NCBI GenBank assembly: GCA_002502625.1
Contig: DAPV01000035.1
Coordinates: 6,279-70,278 of the forward strand
From: Euryarchaeota archaeon UBA125
Lineage (GTDB): Archaea; Thermoplasmatota; Poseidoniia; Poseidoniales; Thalassarchaeaceae
Reading direction: 5' to 3'
Length of the DNA stretch: 64,000 nt
In this document: positions 39,311 through 49,524 of the stretch, one piece after another
How the letters are laid out: each line of letters starts with the position of its first letter
Position numbering within the stretch: position 1 is the stretch's first letter
Program-made: the position numbers and the translations under genes
Notes under the pieces: generated by a model
Told to the model about the DNA's origin: nothing
Database searches by the model: none
What the model saw: only the letters and a program-made list of their open reading frames with translations

Positions 39311-39805
39311 ATGCAGCGCTTGGAAACAATCGATGCGGTTGTAGAGCGTTATTCTGTTACGAGTAGTAAAATGAAAAGCCGAATCTATGTTACGTTAGGC
39401 ATAATTTTTCTTGTTTTCGCCATTATTGGAATCTGGGTTCCAGGTTGGCCTTCAGTTTCATGGGCTGTCCCTGCAGCATTTCTATTCTCATTATCTAATG
39501 AACGATTGTTTCGATGGACTCTATCGAATCGATTTTTTGGACCAACTTTGTTCGAATATTATGCAACTGGAAAAACACTTCCTTCTCATGTAAAATTCAT
39601 AATAATAGGGATGATAGGACTAATGTCTACAATTTCTGCATTCTTTGTTTGGAGTGTGTCTACAAAGGGAGACAATGGAAATCTGCTAAATCCTTCATCA
39701 TGGACTGGTGCAGATGAATTTGCAGCAGGTTCAATCACTATTTTAGTCGTAGGCTTCATCGGAATCATTTACATTCTTAGGCGGGTAAAAACCAGAATTA
39801 ATTGA
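39311..39805 (+). CDS. DUF454 (YbaN-like) membrane protein
   Basis: ..YVTLGIIFLVFAIIGIWVPGWP...FLFSLSNERLFRWTLSNRFFGP.. pattern. Start uncertain (39224 TTG, 39311 or 39371 ATG). Confidence 0.45.
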   Translation: MQRLETIDAVVERYSVTSSKMKSRIYVTLGIIFLVFAIIGIWVPGWPSVSWAVPAAFLFSLSNERLFRWTLSNRFFGPTLFEYYATGKTLPSHVKFIIIGMIGLMSTISAFFVWSVSTKGDNGNLLNPSSWTGADEFAAGSITILVVGFIGIIYILRRVKTRIN

Positions 39806-39807
39806 AA

Positions 39808-40233
39808 TTATTCACTTTCTGTCAGAATTATGGGTTCGGGTAAAATATTCAAATCTTCGGAAGATTTTGACCCTCGAAAATAGTCCCAAGCAGCAAATGG
39901 AAGGCTCCAGAAAGCGCCCCCTACTGCTGCTATTGGAATCAATACTAGCCACTCAGGTCCCATGTCTGGTCCACCAAAGACTGCTCCGAAGACTGGAAAA
40001 ATGAATGTTACAAATGCAACGGGAATCAGGTGGACTAGGCTGACCTCGTTCGGTTTGGCTCGCTTAAGAATGAAGGGTGGAATGAGAATCACTGCAAGGA
40101 GTGAAAGCATTGCAAATACGAAATCAACGCCGTCAGTCAAACCAATGATAACGTTGAGAATCATCAGGATTGCCATCATTGCACCATTCACAGAGCCAAA
40201 CAATAGGATGCTTTTCCAGCTCATGCCCACCAC
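39808..40233 (-). CDS. Hypothetical membrane protein
   Basis: Four hydrophobic helices. Start overlaps the purH stop region. Confidence 0.4.
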   Translation of the reverse strand: MVGMSWKSILLFGSVNGAMMAILMILNVIIGLTDGVDFVFAMLSLLAVILIPPFILKRAKPNEVSLVHLIPVAFVTFIFPVFGAVFGGPDMGPEWLVLIPIAAVGGAFWSLPFAAWDYFRGSKSSEDLNILPEPIILTESE

Positions 40234-41852
40234 TAATGTCTGAATAGTCGTGTACCTGTGAACAACATAGTCATTTTGTGTTCATCAGCAGCATTTATGA
40301 CTTCTTGATCACGAATACTTCCACCTGGTTGTACTACAGATGTGATCCCAATCTCATAACTTGTATCAATTCCATCTCTGAACGGGAAAAATGCATCAGA
40401 TACCATCATCGCGCCCTTAGCACGTTCGCCTGCACGTCGAGCTGCTATTCTGACGGCTTCTACGCGGCTCGTTTGACCTGGCCCTATTCCTACTGTTGCA
40501 AAACCTGTTTCAGTTGGTTGAATAAAAATTACACAATTACTCTTGACTTGAGCACAAACTGCAACACCAAATCTTGCCAAGTCAACTTGGTTTGGATTCG
40601 CTTGTTCCTTCGTTACACATTTGACTTGAGACCAATCAATCATAGGAGCTCCTTCTGTTTGCGCCAACCATCCACCATCAATTTCACGAAAGTGAGTTTG
40701 CATTTTTAGTGGCGTCATATTTTCTAGAGTTAGCATCCTACGATTCTTCTTCAGGGATAATACCTCTAATGCCCCATCTTCATACTGAGGGGCAATAATG
40801 CACTCAACAAAATGATCTCCAATCCTTTCTGCTGTCGCTTTAGTTACTGGCGTATTGAATGCAATAACACAACCAAAAGCAGATTCTGGATCACTTGCTA
40901 ATGCATCATCCCAAGCAGATATCTGACTGGTTGAAACTGCAACGCCACACGCATTAGTATGTTTTATTATTACACAACAATGAGGCCATTCAGACCACTC
41001 TGGACCTATATGAGATCGGCAAAAACGTAGTGCTGCATCTAAATCCAAATAATTGTTGAATGAAAGATCTTTGCCCCCATGTTGTTCAGCCGCTGCTAAT
41101 CCATGTGATGATTCACCAACGACGTTTGTTGGATAAAATGCTGCAGGTTGATGTGGATTTTCACCATATCTTAGGGGATTTTTCATTCCTCCTGAAATTA
41201 GGAGTTTCTCAGGTAAAACTTCAGAGGTAGCAGGTTCGAGGGATTCTAATCTAGTTGCCAATGTATTAGCAAGCGCTACATCATATGCAGCTGTTCTTTG
41301 GTATGCGGTTAATGCTAATCTTTGCCTAGTTGACAAATTTATTCCACTTGGACTACCATCTGCTTCTTCTAATAAATCCAAAATATCGTTATAATCATCA
41401 GGATTTGTAATGATAAGTACATCTTGATGAGACTTGGCTGATGCTCTGACAAGAGTAGGCCCACCTATATCGATCATTTCGATCAATTCTTCTTCACTAA
41501 CTGGGGGATCTCTTGCTGCTACTTCTTCAAAAGGATACAAATTAACCGCAACTAAGTCTATCCTCGGATATCCTAACTCATCAAGTGTGGTCATATCTTC
41601 AGAATTATTACCTCTGGCAAGGATTGCTGCGTGTATTGCCGGATGAAGTGTTTTGACTCTCCCATTGAAAACTTCTGGATGCCCAGTAACTTCTGTAACA
41701 TCTGTAACATTTACTCCTTTTTCTCTCAATAGTTTAGCAGTCCCTCCAGTGGAGAGAATTTCCCAACCAAAATCTGTCAATTTTTTAGCGAAATCAGATA
41801 TTCCGGCCTTGTCAAATACGCTGATCAATGCTCGAGGAGATTCGTCCTTCAC
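40233..41852 (-). CDS. purH: Bifunctional AICAR transformylase / IMP cyclohydrolase PurH
   Basis: N-terminal ALISVFDKAGI...ILSTGGTAKLL...KTLHPAIHAAILAR (MGS-like/IMPCH). C-terminal AICARFT ..GIGPGQTSRVEAVRIA.. Confidence 0.9.
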   Translation of the reverse strand: MKDESPRALISVFDKAGISDFAKKLTDFGWEILSTGGTAKLLREKGVNVTDVTEVTGHPEVFNGRVKTLHPAIHAAILARGNNSEDMTTLDELGYPRIDLVAVNLYPFEEVAARDPPVSEEELIEMIDIGGPTLVRASAKSHQDVLIITNPDDYNDILDLLEEADGSPSGINLSTRQRLALTAYQRTAAYDVALANTLATRLESLEPATSEVLPEKLLISGGMKNPLRYGENPHQPAAFYPTNVVGESSHGLAAAEQHGGKDLSFNNYLDLDAALRFCRSHIGPEWSEWPHCCVIIKHTNACGVAVSTSQISAWDDALASDPESAFGCVIAFNTPVTKATAERIGDHFVECIIAPQYEDGALEVLSLKKNRRMLTLENMTPLKMQTHFREIDGGWLAQTEGAPMIDWSQVKCVTKEQANPNQVDLARFGVAVCAQVKSNCVIFIQPTETGFATVGIGPGQTSRVEAVRIAARRAGERAKGAMMVSDAFFPFRDGIDTSYEIGITSVVQPGGSIRDQEVINAADEHKMTMLFTGTRLFRH

Positions 41853-41902
41853 GATGTATCCCCTTACATGGGCTGAGACTCAAGACCATGAAGATTCGTA
41901 AG

Positions 41903-43528
41903 TCAATCACCGCGGGCTGAAATAACTTGATCTATACGAAGAAGGCCACACGCAGCCTCAGTTGCTCCAATTATTCCATTAAGAATTGTTTCTGCAGGAT
42001 GGACTATTGAGGAATCAATAATTTCCACCTTTCCATTTTCATTTATTCCCCAATTATCCTTCCCATTAGTTGCTGCACGAAGAGATAATACAGTATCTAA
42101 AACATCTACTCCAGCATTTTCAATAAGAGTAGATGGAATTACTTCTAATGCTCGAGAAAAGGCCTCCATTGCTAAACGTGCACGATTTGAATGTTGTTCC
42201 GATGCTGTTCTAATGCTTGATGATAATGTGGCATATACTGACCCTCCACCGGGGACTATTTTACCTGAATTAACAACAAGTGTTGTACTACGAATAGCAT
42301 CATGTAATCCTCTAATCACTTCTTCACCTGCAGTTCCTTCAACTCCTCCGACTAGAATTGTAGCTACATTAGATGAATTTCCTCCAAGTATTGTAATCTC
42401 ATCTTCAACTCTATCAGTTGATGATTTTCTAAGGCAATTTATTTCTTTAGCAAAACCAATATCTGTATTATCTAAATGATGAATGCTTGATGCAATTGTA
42501 GAACCAGTTGAAGATGCCAAATTCCTCAATTCAGATTCATCGAATTCACCGGCCACAAATATTTCCTTATCTGCTAAATGGTGAAGGATATCTGGATCTA
42601 TTTCTCCGCCTGCGATAATCGCTCGAATCTCTAAATCGACTAATTTTTCAACCAATGAAGTTCGAAGTTTTTCTTGTTCCTCAATAAATTGAGATAATTG
42701 ATCTGGATTTTGAACTTCAATCTCAGCATCTCTAGTCAAACTGCGAGGAGACAAATCGCCACTAATCACTGCAATTCGAGAATTCTCATGTTTCCCTTCT
42801 AACCTATCTAGTAAAACTCGACGACGAACAATAATTCCTTGAATAACACAGCTATCGTTTAATCCTCCAGTTCCTTGGAGATACATGGATATATCTTCAG
42901 AATTTGCATGGGTTTTACCATCAACTAAACGAGATATCTGAATTGTTGCTACTGAAGCCAAAGAAGAAAATAATGCAATATTTTGATCTGCTGACTTTCC
43001 TCGAAGAGCTGTGTTAGCAATTGATTCCAGTACTTTCTGATCCTCGGAATTTATCGAGGTACTACAACTAGAAATTTCATTCTCAACAATCTCTAATGCA
43101 GCTAAAAAGCCATCAACAATAGTTAGAGGATGTAGGCCCATTCGAATCAAACGATCGGCTTCTGCAAGTAATTCTCCACAAAATAGTAGACTACGAGTTA
43201 CTCCATCACCACAAGCATTCTCTTGAGATTCGGCCAAACTAACAAATGCCTTAGCTGCTGGATGTTTTACCATCAATTCAGCAACAATTTTTGCACCGTC
43301 GTTTGTTACTGCAGTAGTACCGTCGGTTTTGTATAGCATTTTATCCAAACCTCTAGGACCAAAAGTTGGTTTCAGAATATCAGCAAAAGCACGTGCTGCT
43401 GCTATCATTTTCTCCTGAACTGCTGTTCCACCAGAGATAGTAGTCTCTGGGCGAACAATAACTACAGGGGGGGTCCCTTCACCTTCGGACATACAATTAC
43501 CAATTCTCCCGACTAAGACATGTTTCAA
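41903..43528 (-). CDS. ths: Thermosome (group II chaperonin) subunit
   Basis: ..GPRGLDKMLYKTDGTTAVTNDGAKIV.., ..ITILGG.., ..VPGGGSVYA.. motifs. Confidence 0.85.
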   Translation of the reverse strand: MKHVLVGRIGNCMSEGEGTPPVVIVRPETTISGGTAVQEKMIAAARAFADILKPTFGPRGLDKMLYKTDGTTAVTNDGAKIVAELMVKHPAAKAFVSLAESQENACGDGVTRSLLFCGELLAEADRLIRMGLHPLTIVDGFLAALEIVENEISSCSTSINSEDQKVLESIANTALRGKSADQNIALFSSLASVATIQISRLVDGKTHANSEDISMYLQGTGGLNDSCVIQGIIVRRRVLLDRLEGKHENSRIAVISGDLSPRSLTRDAEIEVQNPDQLSQFIEEQEKLRTSLVEKLVDLEIRAIIAGGEIDPDILHHLADKEIFVAGEFDESELRNLASSTGSTIASSIHHLDNTDIGFAKEINCLRKSSTDRVEDEITILGGNSSNVATILVGGVEGTAGEEVIRGLHDAIRSTTLVVNSGKIVPGGGSVYATLSSSIRTASEQHSNRARLAMEAFSRALEVIPSTLIENAGVDVLDTVLSLRAATNGKDNWGINENGKVEIIDSSIVHPAETILNGIIGATEAACGLLRIDQVISARGD

Positions 43529-43531
43529 GAA

Positions 43532-46500
43532 TCATTCCGAAGCCCAAATTGCCCAAGGTTCTCCAGAATCTGGCTTGCGATAATAATTAATTCCGCTACC
43601 TTCTGGCCATTCTAGCCATTCAAATCCATGTTCATCGATAGTTCCAGCAATATCATCAGAAGGTGTTAATTCAGCTTCTGGAGGTTCTATCTCCGATTGC
43701 TCTAATTCTGTATTGGTTTCTTCAATTAATTCTTCTTCAAAAATTGATTTTTCATCTACCTCAAATGGTGATGTTGGATTATGATCTTCTGATCTTCTAG
43801 ATATTACAGTACTTAATTGAATTAAGAAAATTGCAGCTAATAGACCAATAACTGCTATCTCAATTATTGGGAAAGTAAATCCAGATTCATCACTAGTTTC
43901 CTCTAAATCAGATAATTCATTATTCGTTTCATTTTGTTCATTAGGAATATTGGTTTCATTGACATAAGTCATATTCTGAAATGTTTCATTTTCAAAAGTT
44001 GTTGATGTAGAGTTTGCATATGTATTATTTTCATATGTATTATTCAAAAATTCATTTTGTGTTTCATTTTCATATGTATTGTTGATGAATGTTTCATTTT
44101 CATATGTATTATTGACATATGTATTGTTAACATACGTATTATTCACAACAGTAGATCCTCCATCATTTGTTGAATCATCAGGATTTTGTCCAGGAGCGCA
44201 GCCATTGGAATTAGCAGATGCGCCTAATGGTGTTCTAGAACAACGATCATTTAGATCTCCTACTCCATCTCCATCATCATCCCAATCTTCGTTCCAATCA
44301 TGACAGCCGTCGGAATCGAAATCAATTGATGGGTTTGTCTTCCAGCCATCAATTCCTTTGGGACAATTATCATCAATATCTGGAATGCCGTCGGAATCAT
44401 CATCAGTATCTTCATCTGAATCGTGACAGCCGTCTCCATCATAATCTGTTACAGAGCCCGATCTCCAATCTACAGTCCCATTGGGGCAGAAATCATCAAC
44501 ATCAGGGAAGTCATCGTTGTCATCATTGTCATCTTCCTCCAAATCATGACAACCGTCACCATCATTATCTGATGTTGTAGATGATGTCCAGCCAGTCTTT
44601 CCAGTTGCACAATCGTCTACATGGTCATCGATTGAGTCGCCATCATCATCATCATCTTCCAAAATATCATGACAACCGTCACCATCAAGATCTGTTGAAG
44701 GTGAAGATGTCCACCCTGTAACTCCAAGGGGACATGAATCCGGAGTATCATAAATTAAATCGTTATCGTCATCATTATCTTCTGTTGAATCCTTACATCC
44801 ATCATTATCATGATCAGTAGCATTGGAAGAGGTCCAATTTAGAGCACCGTACAAACATGAATCTGAGGAATCTAATATGCTGTCGTTATCATCGTCATCA
44901 TCTTCTACAGTATCTGAACATCCGTCGCTATCAAAATCTGTAAATGCCGATGATATCCAACCAAAAGACCCCATTGGGCAAGAATCAGACTGATCTGGGA
45001 TACCATCTCCATCATCATCTGAGTCGCAAATATCTCCAATCCCATCTGATTCATAATCTGCTTGTATAGGGTTGTAAATAGTCTGACAATTATCTCTATT
45101 GTTTGTTATACCATCAGCATCTTGATCTGCACTCATTCGAGAAATAAATAGATCACTACCATCTGAAGATGTCAAAGAATCTAAACCAAATTGTCTGGGT
45201 CCTCCGTTATCATACAATATCTCTCCAGCAACCTCAATTGAACCATTTGCAGCTGGAACAACTGCTCTGATGTTTACTGGGCCAGTGGGTTGTTGGGCCC
45301 ATGACCAAGTTCCTTGGTCTGAGGCCATAGCAACAAACCCAGTTCCTGCATTAGATAAGGTGGTTAAACCAACACTAATGACTCCAGTTTTTTTGCCTAC
45401 TCCTACTATACTGCCATTACCAACAAAACGGACATCATACAGATGATCATCAGAAGTTCCACCTAATGCAATAGACCAGCCCCATCCAACATTAGAATGA
45501 TTCCACATTGCAATATAGCCGTCATCGTTTCCACCAGAATTGACAGAACAACAACCAGAAAAAGAAACTGAATTTTCAAAATAACCTCCAATTACGACAT
45601 CTCCATTAGATCTTACATCCATCGATTGGACATGATTACAACTATTTCCAGAAGTACAATCAGGTCTATCCCAAAGATGCATTGTACCGTTTTGATACAA
45701 ACGAACTAAAGCACCAGCAGAACTACCACTGATAGAATAACTAGTTCCTCCTGGTGTAGTATATGTGTCACTTCTAGTCCAAAATACCACACCACCATCT
45801 GGATGGCCGGCCATTGCATCTAGAGATGGTGAATTGTGACTTCCATCAGTTCGGAAAACGTTGTTCCAGCCATTTGTAGTATTTCTTTGAGCAAAACAAA
45901 TACGATTATCACTTCCAAAGGAGTATGATTGGCCGACGATAGTAACAGTATAACTGCAAGCACCTGTTACCCAAAGATCGCCATTTCCATCTATTGCAGT
46001 TTCAAAATATGCTGCCCAAGATTTGGACATTCCTGAAATTTGATCAATAGATGACCATGAACTAGATGTCGGATTCCAACTTAAAACATAAAAATTCGAA
46101 GAAGTGCTTATTCTAGAATAACCTGGAACATCCAAGAATCCGTTAGGTTGTACTGTAATCCAAATCGTTCCGTTTGGAGCAACTGACATTGAAAGGCCTT
46201 GTTTCTGAAGGTCAGAATTCCATTCAGTTTGGAATGAAAAACGATCTAAATCGGTCCATGCCCCAGTTTCATTGAATATTCCTAACCACACATTTTCATC
46301 ATTGGTCGCACCAGATGTTAAATTTCCAAATCTAAGTCCTTGAGATTCTCCATGAATTAATACTGCAGTATGTGTAGAATTTATTCTCTCTAGATCAATC
46401 ACAGTTTCTGTATTTGAAAATCCAATTTCTTCCTTTACATAATGTGTATTAGTTGGACCCGGATATGATGTTGAATCACTCCAAGCATGTACTCTCATTG

Positions 46501-48049
46501 AAGTGTGTGGAGAATCAGACCAATGATCGTCTATTGAAGTGGTGTCAGTTGATGTTTCTGTCTCACCAGTTCTAGCGAAATTCGACCAAGCAGCAAATGC
46601 ATAATCTGTTCCTGAAATGGAATCGATAACATCAATATCAAATAAATTAGAATAACAAGAATATCGCTGATTTTGATAAGTAATTTTACCTGTGCTTGTA
46701 ATGCCTACAAAAGCAGCAGAGGAACTCGAACAGCCAGTGTTAATTTCATCTGAATTAGAACTGCCGTAAAATTTTACACGATTGTCGCCACTAGAATGAA
46801 AAGATAGAGCTAAATTCCCTGAAGATGTTGGTTGTTCAGGGACTATTATTGATGGACTCCATTGCTGTTTATTACTTTGATAATAGTAATTATTGTAATT
46901 AGAGGTGCTTTTAATTGCCCATCCAATGGCCCCAACATTAGAAAATTTCACAACATAGATCATCTGATGATTTTGGCCTGTTGACATTCGAATAGATCCC
47001 CAAGTGATTTCATATGATCCAGAATTATTGTAAAATAATTCACCTGCAACGAATATATTTCCTCCCGCATCAATGTCTACGGACCAAGCCCTATCATTTG
47101 CAGTAGCAATTGGCTTCCGTACCCATTCCACTCCAGTTGTTGCTATTCGCATAACCAAACTATCTGACCCGGTTCCACCTCCATGAGTAATTGTGGTCTG
47201 ATCTAAAGCTAGTGTTGAAGAAGAGAATTCTCCGACCACAATTACACGATTGTTGTTGTCTGCAGTACAATCATGCGCTTCTTCTACACCTATATCTCCA
47301 TAACGCCGAAGTTGATCCCAAACTCCAGAGTTTGTAGACCATGATACGATGATATCATTATCAATTCCACTTCCATTATGTGCAGTTCCATTTACTACTA
47401 ATGAACTGCTATTCGTCCAACCGCAATAAGCAATATTTCCTGTTGAGGTTTCTGCCACACCAGTTAGATTATCAAATCCAGAAGATCCTAACGAATTTGA
47501 CCACAAAAAAGAGCCGGTTTGACCATTAACTTTCAATGAAAATCCATCTCTATCGCCTTGATTAACCAAGCTATTGGAATTTACATTAATCGAAGATGAA
47601 CTAAATGAACCTACTAAAATCAAATCACCATTAGAATCTACAATCATGTCTTCTAGATATTCATCAGATTCTCCACCAAATGTTTGTAACCAAGACCAGA
47701 AACCGTTTCCTGAATTGTATGTATAGTGTCCAATGAATACATCGAGCCCTCCATTATTTAGAACTTGAATTGAATCTGTTGTTGTTGTTCCAGTTTGAAG
47801 ATTAAGTGACCCGCCTTCATAGATTCCTGCAGCAAAAAAAGAACCATTGGATTGTCCTTCAACTTCCTTAACCCACGTATATCCAGTATCCTTGTCTTTG
47901 TTGACCCATTCCCAACCCAATGGATTTGTAGCCGCAACACTATTTTCTGGAGAGTAGATTTCAGGCAACTGCTCGTCATTATCATCAATTAAAATACTCA
48001 ATAACAATGGCAACAAAAAAAGTGTAACTAAAGCAGATGCTGTCCTCAT
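43532..48049 (-). CDS. Giant (1505 aa) cell-surface protein: signal peptide, SBBP-type beta-propeller repeats, thrombospondin-type-3-like Ca-binding repeats, N-glycosylation-sequon stalk, TM anchor, ~100-aa cytoplasmic tail
   Basis: Signal peptide ALVTLFLLPLLLSIL. Repeated ..NG(D/N)(I/V)(I/V)(V/I)(A/G)G.. propeller motifs. Five periodic DxDxDG(C)xD/EDDDDD modules. NNTY(V/E)NNTY... stalk. TM FPIIEIAVIGLLAAIFLIQLSTVIS. Confidence 0.75.
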   Translation of the reverse strand: MRTASALVTLFLLPLLLSILIDDNDEQLPEIYSPENSVAATNPLGWEWVNKDKDTGYTWVKEVEGQSNGSFFAAGIYEGGSLNLQTGTTTTDSIQVLNNGGLDVFIGHYTYNSGNGFWSWLQTFGGESDEYLEDMIVDSNGDLILVGSFSSSSINVNSNSLVNQGDRDGFSLKVNGQTGSFLWSNSLGSSGFDNLTGVAETSTGNIAYCGWTNSSSLVVNGTAHNGSGIDNDIIVSWSTNSGVWDQLRRYGDIGVEEAHDCTADNNNRVIVVGEFSSSTLALDQTTITHGGGTGSDSLVMRIATTGVEWVRKPIATANDRAWSVDIDAGGNIFVAGELFYNNSGSYEITWGSIRMSTGQNHQMIYVVKFSNVGAIGWAIKSTSNYNNYYYQSNKQQWSPSIIVPEQPTSSGNLALSFHSSGDNRVKFYGSSNSDEINTGCSSSSAAFVGITSTGKITYQNQRYSCYSNLFDIDVIDSISGTDYAFAAWSNFARTGETETSTDTTSIDDHWSDSPHTSMRVHAWSDSTSYPGPTNTHYVKEEIGFSNTETVIDLERINSTHTAVLIHGESQGLRFGNLTSGATNDENVWLGIFNETGAWTDLDRFSFQTEWNSDLQKQGLSMSVAPNGTIWITVQPNGFLDVPGYSRISTSSNFYVLSWNPTSSSWSSIDQISGMSKSWAAYFETAIDGNGDLWVTGACSYTVTIVGQSYSFGSDNRICFAQRNTTNGWNNVFRTDGSHNSPSLDAMAGHPDGGVVFWTRSDTYTTPGGTSYSISGSSAGALVRLYQNGTMHLWDRPDCTSGNSCNHVQSMDVRSNGDVVIGGYFENSVSFSGCCSVNSGGNDDGYIAMWNHSNVGWGWSIALGGTSDDHLYDVRFVGNGSIVGVGKKTGVISVGLTTLSNAGTGFVAMASDQGTWSWAQQPTGPVNIRAVVPAANGSIEVAGEILYDNGGPRQFGLDSLTSSDGSDLFISRMSADQDADGITNNRDNCQTIYNPIQADYESDGIGDICDSDDDGDGIPDQSDSCPMGSFGWISSAFTDFDSDGCSDTVEDDDDDNDSILDSSDSCLYGALNWTSSNATDHDNDGCKDSTEDNDDDNDLIYDTPDSCPLGVTGWTSSPSTDLDGDGCHDILEDDDDDGDSIDDHVDDCATGKTGWTSSTTSDNDGDGCHDLEEDDNDDNDDFPDVDDFCPNGTVDWRSGSVTDYDGDGCHDSDEDTDDDSDGIPDIDDNCPKGIDGWKTNPSIDFDSDGCHDWNEDWDDDGDGVGDLNDRCSRTPLGASANSNGCAPGQNPDDSTNDGGSTVVNNTYVNNTYVNNTYENETFINNTYENETQNEFLNNTYENNTYANSTSTTFENETFQNMTYVNETNIPNEQNETNNELSDLEETSDESGFTFPIIEIAVIGLLAAIFLIQLSTVISRRSEDHNPTSPFEVDEKSIFEEELIEETNTELEQSEIEPPEAELTPSDDIAGTIDEHGFEWLEWPEGSGINYYRKPDSGEPWAIWASE
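43960..44150 (-). repeat. Short in-frame tandem nucleotide repeats (catatgtattatt-like units) encoding NNTY(V/E)N N-glycosylation sequons
   Basis: Visible direct repeats of about 12-18 nt in the plus strand, encoding ..NNTYVNNTYVNNTYENETFINNTYENET.. Confidence 0.6.
44240..45200 (-). repeat. Periodic coding repeats for thrombospondin-type-3-like calcium-binding modules
   Basis: Repeated gatgatgat / gacggctgtcatgat blocks encoding D-x-D-x-DG-C-x-D and EDDDDD runs. Confidence 0.5.
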
Positions 48050-48097
48050 TGGATTATCATATAAGTAATTAGACTTGAATTAATCGCTATGTTTTTT

Positions 48098-49480
48098 TCA
48101 TCTTCGACGTCTTCTTCCTTTTCCTTTACCTTTTTTCGATCTCTTTGAACTTCCACTTGATTCCCAAGAACGTAAGGCTGTTGATGGATCGAATCCATGG
48201 TCTCTAAGATGATTTTGTTGATCTAAAATTCGACGTACTGAATGAGATAGTTCTTTGTATCCTTTCACCTTTAGCCGAACCCCTCCAACTTCTTCCTCTA
48301 AAGCACGGATTGAGTCTCCACCAGATCCAACAATAGCTCCTATCGCACCTTCATCAACATAAATTTCAGCGGCGGACTCGCCAGTGAATATTACATGATG
48401 GACATGAACTCCTGTGAAGGATCTTGCCAATCGTTTCAATTCCTCAGCGGCTAATTGTCGAATTGGACTTGATTTAGTTGGATCATCAGAGCCTGAAACA
48501 GGTACTACTGCAATTTCTGAACCAAATGCAAACATTTCATGAGTTAATTCTCCCGAAGGGAATTTACGAATTTCAATCACTGGTCGTGATAGATCAGATT
48601 CCATTCCTGTAGGAGCTCGAACGACCATCTGTAATTCTAAAACTTGGAACACCTTGCCCTTCTCAATATGGATTACTGTATCAAGTACTTGAGAAATTAG
48701 ACCAAGTTCCACCTTTCCAACTAATCTTTGAATCGCTTCAAGTCCACTATTCGCATGAGTTACACCAAGTAAACCGACTCCTGCCAATCTTACATCAGAA
48801 AATATTCTGAAATCGTTTGCTCTTCTAACTTCATCATAAATTACAAAATCAGGACGAACTAAAAAGATAATTTCGGCAGTTTTCTCTAAATCGCCCTCCA
48901 AAGGAGCATACTGAGTAATCCTCTGAGCAACTTGTAAATCACGAGGTGCTTCCATTGTCTTTACCATGGCTCCAATTTCTAGATCCAAGTGATCAGCAAT
49001 AGCAGTTGCAAATGTACTCTTCCCTGACCCTGGTTTTCCAACAACAAAAACACCTCTGTGATGATCTGAAAGTCTATCGATTAAATCTTGGTTCAGATCA
49101 TAATCTTCCAAACTGAGGCGAGCAACTGGACGGACGACTGTAATTTCCCAAGAATCAGAAAAAGGTGGTGATGCACAAGTCACTCGAAGGTCACCAATTT
49201 GGAGAATTGTACATCCAACTCGCTCAATTTCTACAAAACAATCAGATCTATCTTGATTATCAGTTACAATCTCTTTAAGATCGGAAGCCAATGATTCGAC
49301 TTGTCCTTTACTCCATTGTCCTTCTTCTAACTCCACGAGACGGAGTTCACTGATATGTCCACACTTGACTCTAGGGGGACAGTCTGCTTTGAGAAATACT
49401 GTACTGGTGGTATCATCTGAAAGTAATGATTCGAGTTCATCCGGTAACAAAGGGTGATCACCAAATGATGCCATAAGCAA
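48098..49480 (-). CDS. PIN-domain / PilT-PhoH-like ATPase / KH-domain protein (COG1855-type)
   Basis: Walker A VVGKPGSGKST, ..VIYDEVR.., C-terminal KH-like ..AIVGSGGDSIRALEEEVGG... Confidence 0.6.
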   Translation of the reverse strand: MLMASFGDHPLLPDELESLLSDDTTSTVFLKADCPPRVKCGHISELRLVELEEGQWSKGQVESLASDLKEIVTDNQDRSDCFVEIERVGCTILQIGDLRVTCASPPFSDSWEITVVRPVARLSLEDYDLNQDLIDRLSDHHRGVFVVGKPGSGKSTFATAIADHLDLEIGAMVKTMEAPRDLQVAQRITQYAPLEGDLEKTAEIIFLVRPDFVIYDEVRRANDFRIFSDVRLAGVGLLGVTHANSGLEAIQRLVGKVELGLISQVLDTVIHIEKGKVFQVLELQMVVRAPTGMESDLSRPVIEIRKFPSGELTHEMFAFGSEIAVVPVSGSDDPTKSSPIRQLAAEELKRLARSFTGVHVHHVIFTGESAAEIYVDEGAIGAIVGSGGDSIRALEEEVGGVRLKVKGYKELSHSVRRILDQQNHLRDHGFDPSTALRSWESSGSSKRSKKGKGKGRRRRR

Positions 49481-49524
49481 GAGGAGGCATCGAAGGTGTT
49501 TGAATCCGACGTACGTAATATCGG

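Noticed and set aside
43532-43840. PGF-CTERM/archaeosortase sorting signal on the giant surface protein
   Set aside because: The TM helix is followed by about 100 residues of acidic tail rather than a short basic terminus, and no PGF tripeptide precedes it. A plain type-I membrane anchor is more likely.
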